A DNA stretch of 64,000 nt from sequence record DRR378314_1406; one strand, 5' to 3'. The translations under genes were made by a program, and so were the position numbers. The notes beneath the pieces are model-generated. The model was not told the origin of the DNA. It searched no databases and saw only the letters and a list, made by a program, of their open reading frames with translations. Below are positions 18,487-29,025 of this stretch, piece after piece (position 1 is the first letter of the stretch; every line of letters starts with the position of its first letter).

Positions 18487-19575
18487 ATGGGACAAACGGC
18501 ATTTAAACTTGTTGAAGCAGGCGGTATGGATAAGAAAAAAGCACTAGAGGCGGCCATGGGCCAGATTGAGCGGGCTTTCGGTAAAGGCTCTGTCATGAAG
18601 CTCGGTCAGCAGGAAGCTCTGGATATTGAGGCCATTTCCACAGGATCTCTCGGGCTGGATATTGCTCTGGGGATTGGTGGCTTGCCCAAAGGGCGGATCA
18701 TTGAAATTTATGGCCCGGAAAGTTCCGGTAAAACCACCCTGGCATTGCAGGTGGTTGCTGAAGCGCAAAAGGCCGGCGGAACCTGTGCCTTTGTGGATGC
18801 AGAACATGCCCTTGATCCCGTTTACGCCCGCAAATTGGGTGTCGATATTAACGAGCTGCTGATTTCGCAGCCGGACACGGGTGAACAGTCCCTGGAAATT
18901 GCCGATACACTGGTTCGCTCCGGCGCGGTGGATGTGTTGGTTGTCGACAGTGTGGCCGCTCTTGTTCCGCAGGCTGAGCTGGAAGGCGAGATGGGGGATA
19001 CCCATGTGGGGCTGCAGGCCCGGCTGATGAGCCAGGCTCTTCGTAAATTGACCGGCTCCATTTCCAGGTCCAATTGCATGGTGATTTTCATCAACCAGAT
19101 TCGGATGAAAATCGGTGTAATGTTTGGCAGTCCGGAAACCACAACCGGCGGCAATGCCCTTAAATTTTATGCCTCAGTGCGCTTGGATATTCGCCGAATT
19201 GGCCAGGTTAAGAACAAGGATGATATTGTTGGTAACCAGACCCGGGTGAAAGTCGTCAAAAACAAGGTTGCCCCGCCCTTCAAGGTGGTAGAGTTTGACA
19301 TCATGTATGGCGAGGGGATCTCCAAGATGGGTGAAATCCTCGATCTGGGGGTGAAAGCCGACATTGTTGAAAAATCCGGTTCCTGGTATTCCTATGACAG
19401 TCAGCGGATTGGACAGGGACGGGAACAGGCCAAGGTATTCCTCAAGGAAAACCCAGAATTAACCGATGAGATTGAACGGAAAATTCGGGCCAATGCCGGA
19501 ATTCTGGAAGAAGTCCTGCAGGGCAATCCGGGAGATCAGGATGGCCTTGTTGAGGATGACACCCTAAAAAGCTGA
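18487..19575 (+). CDS. recA: Recombinase A
   Basis: [23 protein letters not shown] and [17 protein letters not shown] motifs. Confidence 0.99.
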   Translation: MGQTAFKLVEAGGMDKKKALEAAMGQIERAFGKGSVMKLGQQEALDIEAISTGSLGLDIALGIGGLPKGRIIEIYGPESSGKTTLALQVVAEAQKAGGTCAFVDAEHALDPVYARKLGVDINELLISQPDTGEQSLEIADTLVRSGAVDVLVVDSVAALVPQAELEGEMGDTHVGLQARLMSQALRKLTGSISRSNCMVIFINQIRMKIGVMFGSPETTTGGNALKFYASVRLDIRRIGQVKNKDDIVGNQTRVKVVKNKVAPPFKVVEFDIMYGEGISKMGEILDLGVKADIVEKSGSWYSYDSQRIGQGREQAKVFLKENPELTDEIERKIRANAGILEEVLQGNPGDQDGLVEDDTLKS

Positions 19576-19598
19576 TCAATCCCATTGATGAATTGCGG

Positions 19599-19633
19599 AA
19601 AAAGCCGGTGAATGAATTTTCACCGGCTTTTTT
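19599..19633 (+). terminator. Rho-independent terminator after recA
   Basis: AAAAGCCGGTGAA-tgaatt-TTCACCGGCTTTT hairpin with a T tail. Confidence 0.85.
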
Positions 19634-19725
19634 ATTTGCGAAAAGTAAAATGCTTGGGCACCCTATAGCTTATCAAAAAAATCCTCTGCATCAGGGGCGA
19701 TCATAACAAGAGCAGGAGAACTGAC

Positions 19726-20166
19726 ATGACAACGGAAAAGACCATGAGTAAGACAACAGAGCGGGATCTACTGGGTACCTGGGAGCTCACAGATTGGCAG
19801 GTGTTTCGTGACGGGGCGTTTCATAAATACCCCATGGGAGAAAATGCCAAGGGCCAACTGATTTATACCGCTGCGGGCATCATGTCCGGCTTGCTGATGC
19901 GCGCAGATTTTGGCGAAGAGCCTGCCCGCTCCGATACCAAGGCTTCAAAATGTTTGTCCTATGCGGGCAGTTTTCATATTGAGGGAGATGAAGTTCATCA
20001 TGATGTCAGCCTTGCGACAATTCCAGAATGGATCGGAAATCCCCTTATTCGAACCATTCAGTGGCGGGGCGATAAATTGCTGCTCAAAACCACACCGGAG
20101 CAGGGAAAAGACGGTTCTGCCTATTCCAATGAATTGCTGTGGCAGCGACGGCCGGAAACGCTGTAG
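19726..20166 (+). CDS. Lipocalin-like domain protein
   Basis: LLGTWEL, PMGENAKGQLIYT, YAGSF and HDV...PEWIG pattern. Confidence 0.8.
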   Translation: MTTEKTMSKTTERDLLGTWELTDWQVFRDGAFHKYPMGENAKGQLIYTAAGIMSGLLMRADFGEEPARSDTKASKCLSYAGSFHIEGDEVHHDVSLATIPEWIGNPLIRTIQWRGDKLLLKTTPEQGKDGSAYSNELLWQRRPETL

Positions 20167-20248
20167 CGGGCCCGCCACATTTTGATTTGCTTCGTTAGCT
20201 CATTTTTTGGCCCGGACTGGTGCGCTTTATTTGCGAAAGAGGCTTTCA

Positions 20249-20623
20249 ATGATTGACCATGTCTCTATCGCGGTTCGAAATTTAACCGATGCTGCTGATT
20301 TTTACGAGAAGGTCCTGGGCACATTGGGTTATCAGAAGCTTGTATCGCGGCCATTGACAGTTGGTTTTGGGAAGAAATATCCGGAATTCTGGCTCAATCT
20401 TCGCGCCGATATGAAACCCGTTCTGCCTGATACCGGCTTTCATATCTGCCTTCGGGCCCGTAACGCCGCCGCCGTCAAAGAAATTTATGAAAGGGCGCTG
20501 TCCCTAGGCGGCAGGGACGAGGGTGCGCCTGGACCTCGTCAAGCGGCCATGACATCCTATTTTGGTGCCTTCATCAAAGATAAAGACGGCAACAAAATTG
20601 AAGCCGTCTCTTTTCCGTCCTGA
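20249..20623 (+). CDS. VOC/glyoxalase family protein
   Basis: MIDHVSIAV, DEGAPGPR and YFGAFIKDKDGNKIEAV. Confidence 0.88.
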   Translation: MIDHVSIAVRNLTDAADFYEKVLGTLGYQKLVSRPLTVGFGKKYPEFWLNLRADMKPVLPDTGFHICLRARNAAAVKEIYERALSLGGRDEGAPGPRQAAMTSYFGAFIKDKDGNKIEAVSFPS

Positions 20624-20645
20624 AATTTTATATGCCCAAAGTCGC

Positions 20646-21245
20646 TTAACTTTTACGGCGTCTCCAGCCTCTAAAGCCAAGCATGGCCAGCGCCGCCCCA
20701 AACATTGGCAAAGCTGCTGGAAGCGGGGCCGATGCAATTGATTCATTTTCGTAATCAAAATTAAAGTCGCTGTAGACCAAGCCACCGCCAGATCCCACAT
20801 TTAAGAACATCAATTCGTTAATCAGTCCATAGGATGTCAAATCAAGAGAAGCTTGAGACGTTACGATCTCCGTACCCTTAAGAGTTGCCCCATCATAGAT
20901 ATTTATCCAAACCTGATCATTGTCATCATATTCGTTGAATCTCATTGAAAAGTTCTGAATATCCTGATGAAAGGTGATTTTCATACTGGACAGGCATTCG
21001 GATCCATCATAGCCGCAAACACTGCCTTTACCATTCAATCCAGGGACGTCAGGGTCTGTGCCATCAAAGATAAGAAAGTCACCTGACCCAGCATTGGATA
21101 GAGTTGCGTTAGACAGGCTTAAAGTTGGTCCGCTAAGTGGGCCAGCAGCGCCGATCTCATTAAAATTCAAGGTTGCTGCAGATGCTACGCCTGCAGAGAC
21201 AATTAAGAATGTGAGGCCAACAAAGGCCTGTTTAACTAAAATCAT
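20646..21245 (-). CDS. Secreted VPLPA-CTERM (PEP-CTERM variant) surface protein
   Basis: Signal peptide ending ASA-A; C-terminal APLPAALPMFGAALAMLG-FRGWRRRKS. Confidence 0.85.
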   Translation of the reverse strand: MILVKQAFVGLTFLIVSAGVASAATLNFNEIGAAGPLSGPTLSLSNATLSNAGSGDFLIFDGTDPDVPGLNGKGSVCGYDGSECLSSMKITFHQDIQNFSMRFNEYDDNDQVWINIYDGATLKGTEIVTSQASLDLTSYGLINELMFLNVGSGGGLVYSDFNFDYENESIASAPLPAALPMFGAALAMLGFRGWRRRKS

Positions 21246-21376
21246 TTTTACCCCCCAAAGCAATGACGCTTTGTAATTTGGTTAATAATACAATTTTTTG
21301 GCAATCATGAGAAGGTTAAAATTTCGTAAATTTCTTAAATAACATTTAAGTGATGCAGAACGTGACAAATCTGCAT

Positions 21377-21407
21377 AAAAAAAAGCCGGCCCAGGGGACC
21401 GGCTTTT
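21377..21407 (-). terminator. Terminator after icd (bidirectional shape)
   Basis: A-run/AAAAGCCGG...CCGGCTTTT hairpin. Confidence 0.75.
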
Positions 21408-21430
21408 CGATGATTTTCAGTTCAGCGCGT

Positions 21431-22645
21431 TTAGCTGAGTGCTTTTTGCAGATTGTTATCAATTGCTTCGAGGAACTGATTTGTGGTGAGCCAAGACTGA
21501 TCTGGTCCAACCAGCAGTGCCAGGTCTTTGGTCATCTGTCCGCCTTCAACGGTGGCGACGCAAACTTTTTCCAGTGTTTCTGCAAAGTTTTTCAGCTCGG
21601 TATTGTTGTCGAGCTTGGCCCGATGCAGCAGACCCCGTGTCCATGCAAAGATGGAGGCAATCGGGTTGGTTGAGGTCTCATTGCCTTTTTGATGCTCCCG
21701 GTAATGGCGGGTCACGGTGCCATGGGCGGCTTCGGCTTCAACAGTTTGACCATCCGGTGTCATCAGAACAGATGTCATCAGGCCCAATGAGCCAAAGCCC
21801 TGCGCCACTGTGTCTGACTGCACGTCACCATCATAGTTTTTACAGGCCCAGACAAATTTACCGGACCATTTCATGGCGCAAGCGACCATGTCATCAATCA
21901 GGCGATGTTCATACGTAATGCCGGCTTTGTCAAAATCCGCCTTGAATTCATTTTCGAACACTTCTTCGAACAGATCCTTAAAACGACCATCATATTTCTT
22001 CATAATGGTGTTTTTTGTGGACAGATAGACAGGCCAGCCACGGGCCAGACCGTAGTTCATGCAGGCACGGGCAAAACCCCGAATGGAATCGTCCAGGTTA
22101 TACATTCCCATGGCAACACCGGATGTTGGGAAATCAAAGATTTCAAATTCCTGAGCTTCGCCGCCATCAGCCGGTGTGTATTTCATGGTCAGTTTACCAG
22201 GACCCGGGATCAGCATATCGGTGGCCCGATACTGGTCACCAAAAGCATGACGACCAATGACAATTGGATCCGTCCAGCCTGGAACCAGCCGTGGGACGTT
22301 TTCGCAAATGATCGGTTCGCGGAAAACAGTTCCGCCGAGGATGTTCCGAATGGTTCCGTTTGGAGAGCGATACATCTCTTTCAGGTTAAATTCTTCAACC
22401 CGCTCTTCATCCGGCGTGATGGTCGCGCATTTGACACCAACACCGTATTTCTTGATGGCATTGGCGGCATCCACGGTGATCTGGTCACTGGTGGCATCGC
22501 GGGATTCCATACCAAGATCGTAGTATTTCAGGTCAATGTCCAAATATGGAAGGATGAGTTTCTGTTTAATGAAATCCCAGATGATCCGGGTCATTTCATC
22601 CCCGTCCAGTTCAACGACTGGATTTGCGACTTGTATCTTTGGCAT
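21431..22645 (-). CDS. icd: NADP-dependent isocitrate dehydrogenase
   Basis: [27 protein letters not shown] and [12 protein letters not shown] motifs. Confidence 0.98.
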   Translation of the reverse strand: MPKIQVANPVVELDGDEMTRIIWDFIKQKLILPYLDIDLKYYDLGMESRDATSDQITVDAANAIKKYGVGVKCATITPDEERVEEFNLKEMYRSPNGTIRNILGGTVFREPIICENVPRLVPGWTDPIVIGRHAFGDQYRATDMLIPGPGKLTMKYTPADGGEAQEFEIFDFPTSGVAMGMYNLDDSIRGFARACMNYGLARGWPVYLSTKNTIMKKYDGRFKDLFEEVFENEFKADFDKAGITYEHRLIDDMVACAMKWSGKFVWACKNYDGDVQSDTVAQGFGSLGLMTSVLMTPDGQTVEAEAAHGTVTRHYREHQKGNETSTNPIASIFAWTRGLLHRAKLDNNTELKNFAETLEKVCVATVEGGQMTKDLALLVGPDQSWLTTNQFLEAIDNNLQKALS

Positions 22646-22750
22646 TCTTAGATCCTTCTTAGCCTAGATTGTATCGGTAAAACTAATGGCGGCAATGTAG
22701 CAGCAAGTGCGAACGGTGCAAGTTTCTCCTGAATAAAAATGTGGAATTTC

Positions 22751-23335
22751 CTACATCTTACTTAAGTCAGGGGTAATTTCGGCTGCTTTTGACTGTTCAA
22801 GAGTTGGTAAGATGTCTTCCATCCGATCCACAATTGTAAAGAGGTCTTTAGCGGAGGGCTCTGCAAAACCGGCTGAAACCAGATGATCAATCATATCTAC
22901 AAACGGTTTCCAGTAGTCTTTGTAATTGACCAGAATAATCGGTTTGTCATGCAGCTTGAGTTGCCGCCAGGTGATCATTTCAAAGGTTTCATCCAATGTC
23001 CCAAGCCCGCCGGGCAGCACAACAAACGCATCCGAGCGATCAAACATCATCATTTTGCGGGTATGCATGCTGTCCACCACATGCAGTTCAGTCAATTCCT
23101 CGTGACTGACTTCAATATCATGTAGATGGCCGGGAATAATCCCGATAACCTGTCCACCAGCTTCCAGCGTGGCGTCTGCGGTGATCCCCATAAGACCCAC
23201 ATGGCCGCCACCATAAACAAGCTGGATACCTTTTTGGCCCAGTTCAAGACCCAAGTTGCGGGCGGCGATTTTAAAATCTTCGTCAGCAGGCATTCTGGAG
23301 CCACAGTAAACACAGAGTGAAGAAATGGTTGTCAT
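22751..23335 (-). CDS. LOG family (TIGR00730) nucleotide phosphoribohydrolase
   Basis: VYCGS, VYGGGHVGLMG, MHTRK and PGGLGTLDE motifs. Confidence 0.92.
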   Translation of the reverse strand: MTTISSLCVYCGSRMPADEDFKIAARNLGLELGQKGIQLVYGGGHVGLMGITADATLEAGGQVIGIIPGHLHDIEVSHEELTELHVVDSMHTRKMMMFDRSDAFVVLPGGLGTLDETFEMITWRQLKLHDKPIILVNYKDYWKPFVDMIDHLVSAGFAEPSAKDLFTIVDRMEDILPTLEQSKAAEITPDLSKM

Positions 23336-23735
23336 GAGAAAAATTACCAATCTGAATAAGGGTACCGTCTTTTTTATCTTCCTGCTTATTTGCGCAACCT
23401 TTATGGTAAGGTCAAGTCCCGTTTGGTCGGGAGAGGCAGATGTCTTGGAAGTGAAAACTGAAAAAACGGATGCTGACATGTACCGATTTTCTGTTACCGT
23501 GCGACATGAGGATGCGGGATGGGATCATTATGCCGACAAGTGGGAGGTACTGGATAAAGCGGGAAATATTCTGGGAACCCGGGTTTTGATGCACCCGCAT
23601 GACACCGAACAGCCATTCACCCGGTCAATGAAAATATCCATTCCCATGCAGGTGAAAGAGGTCATCGTGCGGGCCCATGACAAGGTGCATGGATATGGTG
23701 GCGCTGAAATTGCCGTAAAATTACCCAATTCGTAA
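23334..23735 (+). CDS. Secreted hypothetical protein, His-rich
   Basis: Signal-like N-terminus; HEDAGWDHYADKW, LMHPHDTEQPFTRS and AHDKVHGYGG. Confidence 0.75.
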   Translation: MRKITNLNKGTVFFIFLLICATFMVRSSPVWSGEADVLEVKTEKTDADMYRFSVTVRHEDAGWDHYADKWEVLDKAGNILGTRVLMHPHDTEQPFTRSMKISIPMQVKEVIVRAHDKVHGYGGAEIAVKLPNS

Positions 23736-23798
23736 TCAACGATACGTATTTGATTGCTAGAACACCTGAATAATATCTGTCTGAGCAAGGAGAGTTTC

Positions 23799-24266
23799 AT
23801 GAAAATAAAGACAATCAAATTTGTGATGGCATCTGCAATTGCCGTTGCAATCGGCGTTTCCGCCGTGAGCGCCCATTCCACGAGCACGGGCAATGCCGAT
23901 GCTGACAAACGCATTGCGGCGATGAAAGAGCTGGGCATGCATATGAAAAAAATTGCCGGAGTTGCCAAAGGTGAAGCGGAATACTCTCCTGCGCTGAACC
24001 AGAATGCGGCGGCCATTTCGGCAATTGCAGATGCCATGCCGGATATGTTTCCACAAGGATCGGGCGGCGAGAAGACCCGCGCCAAACCGGAAATCTGGAC
24101 AGATGAAGATGGATTTTCCAAGGCTGTCATGGATTTTCAGATGGCTGCCAAAGGCCTTGTGACAGCTGTTGAAAGCGGAAATCAGGGACAGATCGGCGCG
24201 GCACTTGGGGCCACCGGTAAGACCTGCGGCGGCTGTCATAAACCTTACCGGAAACCCAAAGATTAA
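23799..24266 (+). CDS. Cytochrome c'/c556 (class II cytochrome c)
   Basis: Signal peptide; AKPEIW; C-terminal CGGCH. Confidence 0.9.
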   Translation: MKIKTIKFVMASAIAVAIGVSAVSAHSTSTGNADADKRIAAMKELGMHMKKIAGVAKGEAEYSPALNQNAAAISAIADAMPDMFPQGSGGEKTRAKPEIWTDEDGFSKAVMDFQMAAKGLVTAVESGNQGQIGAALGATGKTCGGCHKPYRKPKD

Positions 24267-24276
24267 GTTTTAATTC

Positions 24277-25173
24277 GTGATTTATCTAACCAAGATCCGG
24301 CAAAAGGGGCTGGCGGTTGCGGTCGCGACTGCTAGTCTGTTTGTCACACTCACCACCGTCGAGGCAAATGACCTTGAACAGGGAAAATATCTGACCGGGC
24401 TTGCCGGATGTGAAAGTTGCCATACTGCATCCGGAGAGGATCAGGTCCCTTTTGCGGGTGGGCATTCCCTGAAAACATCGTTTGGGACATTTTATACACC
24501 CAATATTACCCCCGATCCGATCACCGGGATTGGCGCCTGGACGGAGCATCAGTTCATCAAAGCCTTGAAGCAGGGGGTTCGCCCCGACGGTAAACATTAT
24601 TTTCCAGCATTTCCCTATACCAGCTATACGGCCATGAGTGATAAGGATGCCGCCCTTATTTTCAAATATCTGAAATCACTGAAACCCGTTCGAAGCGTTG
24701 TTCCGGCCCATGATGTTTCTCCTCCTTTTTCCTGGCGCTGGCTGCAAATTGGCTGGAAGCTTCTCTTTTTCCATGAAGGTGAGGGAACAAAAACCTATGA
24801 CGGGGAGGATGCTGAGCTGCAGCGGGGGGATTATCTAGTCAACGCACTTGGCCATTGCGCAGAATGTCATACCCCCAGAAACCAGCTGGGGGGACTGGAT
24901 CGGGATCGGCCCCTTGCCGGCAATGCAAAGGATAGCCCCGTTGGCCGGGTTCCCAACCTGACACCCGACGCTGCGACGGGCCTTGGGGAGTGGAGCGAGG
25001 GGGATTTAAAAAGCTTTTTTCAGTCCGGCATGAAGCCCAATTTCGATGATGTGCAAGGCGACATGGCAGATGTCATTGCGCATGGAACCTCAAAGATGAC
25101 AGAGGCGGATTTAGCGGCCCTGGTTGCCTATCTGAAGCAGCTGAAACCTGTATCCCACAAGCTGAACCCTTGA
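24277..25173 (+). CDS. Diheme c-type cytochrome (AldH/GDH cytochrome-subunit-like)
   Basis: CESCH and CAECH; PNITPD..TGIG.W; GDYLVNALGHC. Confidence 0.9.
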   Translation: MIYLTKIRQKGLAVAVATASLFVTLTTVEANDLEQGKYLTGLAGCESCHTASGEDQVPFAGGHSLKTSFGTFYTPNITPDPITGIGAWTEHQFIKALKQGVRPDGKHYFPAFPYTSYTAMSDKDAALIFKYLKSLKPVRSVVPAHDVSPPFSWRWLQIGWKLLFFHEGEGTKTYDGEDAELQRGDYLVNALGHCAECHTPRNQLGGLDRDRPLAGNAKDSPVGRVPNLTPDAATGLGEWSEGDLKSFFQSGMKPNFDDVQGDMADVIAHGTSKMTEADLAALVAYLKQLKPVSHKLNP

Positions 25174-25246
25174 TCTAACTCACAAATTTCGGCAAATTTT
25201 CGGGATTTGTTGCGTCCGGCCTGTCAAAGGGTCATACTGCAGCCAG

Positions 25247-26440
25247 ATGAGCAAGGGGAGTATAGACGTGCGCGTAACGGTGATCTTGGTAGTTTTGATA
25301 CTTGCTGCTATCGGTCTGATGTTTTTCTATTGGTCAGATGAGCAGTCAGAACAGATCGCGGAGCAGGCACCGCCGACAGCAGAGGCAAATTCCGACAAGC
25401 AAACAGCACCGTCAGATAGTGATGCGAGCTCTAAAACGGCGTCCCTTGAACCAAAAACTACCAATAGCAGTAATACGCCGACAACAGAAGCGAGCACAGA
25501 TCCTTCCAAACCCAGTATTGTTGAAAAAGACGATCCGAACGAGCAATTGAAGCAGTCTGGCATTCTGCCCATGTTACCCCCCCGTTTTGATGTCGTCCGA
25601 GTCGATCAAAATTGCGGAATTCTGGTGGCTGGCCGAGCCGAGCCCACATCGGTTGTGACGATTTATGCCAATAACAAGGAATTGGGATCTGCCTTGTCTT
25701 CCCGCCGGGGAGAATGGGTGTATGTCGGAACGGATCCTTTACCGGCCGGGGCGCAGGAAATTAATGCAAGAGCTCTGAACCCGGATAAGAACGTCATGGA
25801 AACACCGAGAATGGTGGTCATGAATGTGCCCGATTGCTCTCAGCCCGAGGATATCAGAGAGCCGGCTATTGCCGTGCTCACCCCCAAAGAGGGCGCGGCA
25901 AAAGATGAGATTGAACAACGGGTGAGCAAGTTACTGCAAAGCCCCGAACCAGAAGGCAATCTGGAAGCCGCAGAAGATCTGAATGTGGCCAGCATTGATT
26001 ATGATGATGAGGGAAATGTGGCCCTTGCCGGGCGCGGCAAAAGGGGTGGTCAGGTTCGTGTTTATCTGAAAAACAAGCCGATCGGCACCGCGCCAATTGA
26101 CGAGGATGGAAACTGGGCCTTGTCCCCGGAAGTTGAAATTGCCCCCGGTACCTATGATTTGCGGGTCGATCAATTGGATGGGGCAGGGGATGTGATCTCC
26201 CGGGTGGAGATCCCGTTCAAGCGCGAATCTGCGGAGGATATCATCCTTGCCAAAGGCGGGCTTGAAATTCGGGCGGTGGTTCAACCGGGTAACAGCCTGT
26301 GGCGGATCGCCCGCCGGATTTACGGGGAAGGTTTGAAATATACCCTGATTTATCAGGCCAATGAAACCCAGATCAGAGATCCGGACCTGATTTATCCCGG
26401 TCAGATTTTCACTCTGCCCTCAGAAGAGGATAACGGGTAA
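25247..26440 (+). CDS. Membrane-anchored LysM peptidoglycan-binding protein with Ig-like domains
   Basis: N-terminal TM, low-complexity linker, FDVVRV; C-terminal VQPGNSLWRIA...YQAN..QIRDPDLIYPGQ. Confidence 0.9.
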   Translation: MSKGSIDVRVTVILVVLILAAIGLMFFYWSDEQSEQIAEQAPPTAEANSDKQTAPSDSDASSKTASLEPKTTNSSNTPTTEASTDPSKPSIVEKDDPNEQLKQSGILPMLPPRFDVVRVDQNCGILVAGRAEPTSVVTIYANNKELGSALSSRRGEWVYVGTDPLPAGAQEINARALNPDKNVMETPRMVVMNVPDCSQPEDIREPAIAVLTPKEGAAKDEIEQRVSKLLQSPEPEGNLEAAEDLNVASIDYDDEGNVALAGRGKRGGQVRVYLKNKPIGTAPIDEDGNWALSPEVEIAPGTYDLRVDQLDGAGDVISRVEIPFKRESAEDIILAKGGLEIRAVVQPGNSLWRIARRIYGEGLKYTLIYQANETQIRDPDLIYPGQIFTLPSEEDNG

Positions 26441-26467
26441 ATCCGACTTGAGCTGCGGTGCCGAGCC

Positions 26468-26965
26468 TTAGTCAATCTCAGTCTTTCGAATAACATTGGG
26501 TGTCGGCCTCGGGGCTTCTGCCGGATGCTGCCAGCCGACTTCTTTTGCCAATTGAATATAGGGGCGGGCATGAAAAAGAGAGCCGACGGCTGAGGCGAGC
26601 AAACATGTACCGGTAAGCTCTCCTTTCAGAAGATCATCAATCATGATGTAAATGCGCTGACGCTGCGGCTCCAGCACGAATTTGATCCGATCTTCGGGTT
26701 TCCAGGAAACAAGCTGTAACAAGCGGTCGCGAAACCCTGGATCTTCAGCAGAGAAAGGGAGGGGGCCCATATCTCCAAGCAATAAAAGACGGTGCTGATC
26801 GCCAGTTTGGCTCAGTTTTGCCGTGAACTTTACCTTTTCCCAGGTGAATTGGAATGCCAGGGGAGCCTTGGGGGTAATCCAAACGAGTTTTTCGCTGCCT
26901 TCGTTCAGGAGTTCCTGGAATTTATCAGAGTTTTCCATACTATTATGAGCGGACATCGCAATCAA
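26468..26965 (-). CDS. Hypothetical protein
   Basis: 165-aa ORF filling the gap between genes; contains GDMGPLPFSAE; function not recognised. Confidence 0.6.
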   Translation of the reverse strand: MIAMSAHNSMENSDKFQELLNEGSEKLVWITPKAPLAFQFTWEKVKFTAKLSQTGDQHRLLLLGDMGPLPFSAEDPGFRDRLLQLVSWKPEDRIKFVLEPQRQRIYIMIDDLLKGELTGTCLLASAVGSLFHARPYIQLAKEVGWQHPAEAPRPTPNVIRKTEID

Positions 26966-27016
26966 TGTGACATATACTATTGTGGTCTCGACCTGGACCC
27001 CAGTATGGTCGTGAGT

Positions 27017-27035
27017 GGTTAAGAAAATGGTAACC
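27017..27035. promoter_or_regulatory. CtrA-box-like site
   Basis: GGTTAA-GAAAATG-GTAACC, one mismatch to TTAA-N7-TTAAC. Confidence 0.45.
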
Positions 27036-27076
27036 GACTACACAACCAGAAAAATAATTTAAGGCTAGGCTTCCCC

Positions 27077-28918
27077 ATGAGCTCTTCTGACTTTGACAGC
27101 CAACAGGTGACAGAAAATAGTAGTCATTTGACGACGATATTGACACTTGGAAAATATTTGTGGGCAGAGGGACGGCGGGATCTAAAAATCCGTATTGTCA
27201 TTGCCGTACTCTGTTTGCTGGCGGCTGAAATCTCCTTGATTTATTCGCCCTATATCCTGAAATTCCTGGTCGATGACCTGACCCAGAGGGAGGGGAGCCT
27301 GCAAACCTGGGCGTATGTTCCGTTGGCCCTTGCCATTGCGTATGGTGCCGCCAGATTGTTGCAGCAGGTGTTTGGCGAGGTTCGCGATGCGATCTTTGCC
27401 AAGGTGGGCCAGAATGCCATCCGTCAGGTTGCTCTGTCCACATTTCAGCATTTGCACCGATTATCCCTGCGCTTTCATCTGGATCGCCAAACGGGTGGTT
27501 TGAGCCGGGTTATTGAGCGCGGTACCAAGGGCATTGATTTTCTGCTTCGCTTCATGCTGTTCAATATCATCCCGACCTTGCTGAAGATCACCATAATTTC
27601 CGCTATTATGTGGATCGAATATGGGGCGTTGATGTCGGTGATCACCATGATCACGCTGGTCGGGTATGTAATTTTCACCCTGGTGGTGACGGAATGGCGA
27701 CTGAAATATCGCCGCCGAATGAACCAGAAGGATAATGAAGCCAACACCAAAGCCATCGATAGCCTGCTGAATTTCGAGACGGTTAAATATTTCGTCAATG
27801 AAGAACATGAAAGCCGACGCTTTGACAAGGCGATTGCCGGCTATGAGACGGCAGCGATTAAAAGCCAGACAACCCTGGCGTATCTGAATATCGGTCAGGG
27901 GTTGATTGTGGCAACCGGATTAGTCCTTGTCATGATCCTGTCAATTAATGGGGTTGCCGAAGGTAACATGACCGTTGGTGATTTCGTCGCGGCCCACGCG
28001 TTTTTAATGCTGCTGGTTCAGCCGCTGAATTTCCTAGGATTTGTGTATCGGGAGATCAAGCAAAGCCTGGTTGATATGGAAAAAATGTTCGAACTTTTGA
28101 ACGTAAACCGGGAAATTGATGATAAGGCAGACGCCATCGAGCTGCCCAAGGGGGAGGGCGAAATTTCATTTTCAAATGTGGATTTTGGTTATGAAAGCAA
28201 TCGCCAGATCCTGCATGATGTCAGCTTCAAGGTGAAGGCCGGTCAGAAGGTTGCCATTGTGGGACCGTCAGGTGCGGGAAAATCAACAATTTCGCGCATT
28301 CTGTTTCGGTTTTACGATGTGAATTCGGGATCAGTGACCATCGATGGTGTGGATATTCGTGATGTCAGTCAGGCGTCTTTACGTGGGGCCATCGGCATTG
28401 TGCCGCAAGATACTGTACTTTTTAATGACACAATTGAATATAATATCGGATACGGAAGGCCGGCGGCGAGCCGGGCAGAAATTGAACAGGCCGCCAGGCT
28501 TGCCAGCATTGACGGGTTTGTTGAAAAACTGCCGGAGGGCTATAATACCATGGTTGGTGAACGTGGCCTAAAGCTTTCTGGCGGGGAAAAGCAGCGGGTC
28601 GCGATCGCCCGGACGATTTTAAAACAGCCCCGAATTTTGCTGTTTGATGAGGCAACATCGGCGCTTGATACCCGCACAGAACGGGAAATTCAGGCCAGCC
28701 TTCGGGAAGTGTCTAAGGACCGCACAACATTGGTGATTGCCCACCGGCTGTCCACAGTAATCGATGCGGATGAAATACTGGTTCTGGATAATGGACGCAT
28801 TGTTGAAAGAGGAACTCATCAGACGTTGCTGGCCCAGCAGGGGCAATATACGGAAATGTGGCAACGTCAGCAGGAAGTTCAGGACTATGAGGAGAAATTG
28901 ATGCAGGCGCGCGAGTAG
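27077..28918 (+). CDS. atm1: ABCB/ATM1-type exporter (fused permease-ATPase)
   Basis: LRFHLDRQTGG, DSLLNFETVK, GPSGAGKST, LSGGEKQR and DEATSALD motifs. Confidence 0.9.
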   Translation: MSSSDFDSQQVTENSSHLTTILTLGKYLWAEGRRDLKIRIVIAVLCLLAAEISLIYSPYILKFLVDDLTQREGSLQTWAYVPLALAIAYGAARLLQQVFGEVRDAIFAKVGQNAIRQVALSTFQHLHRLSLRFHLDRQTGGLSRVIERGTKGIDFLLRFMLFNIIPTLLKITIISAIMWIEYGALMSVITMITLVGYVIFTLVVTEWRLKYRRRMNQKDNEANTKAIDSLLNFETVKYFVNEEHESRRFDKAIAGYETAAIKSQTTLAYLNIGQGLIVATGLVLVMILSINGVAEGNMTVGDFVAAHAFLMLLVQPLNFLGFVYREIKQSLVDMEKMFELLNVNREIDDKADAIELPKGEGEISFSNVDFGYESNRQILHDVSFKVKAGQKVAIVGPSGAGKSTISRILFRFYDVNSGSVTIDGVDIRDVSQASLRGAIGIVPQDTVLFNDTIEYNIGYGRPAASRAEIEQAARLASIDGFVEKLPEGYNTMVGERGLKLSGGEKQRVAIARTILKQPRILLFDEATSALDTRTEREIQASLREVSKDRTTLVIAHRLSTVIDADEILVLDNGRIVERGTHQTLLAQQGQYTEMWQRQQEVQDYEEKLMQARE

Positions 28919-29025
28919 GGTAGATTCCCTATTATTTTTTCTTTACGGTTCTTTTTAGAGGAACAATCGGGTATAGGGCTACTTTATAAGCCACTTGCTC
29001 CTACAAGCGATTGAGAGACGAAAAT

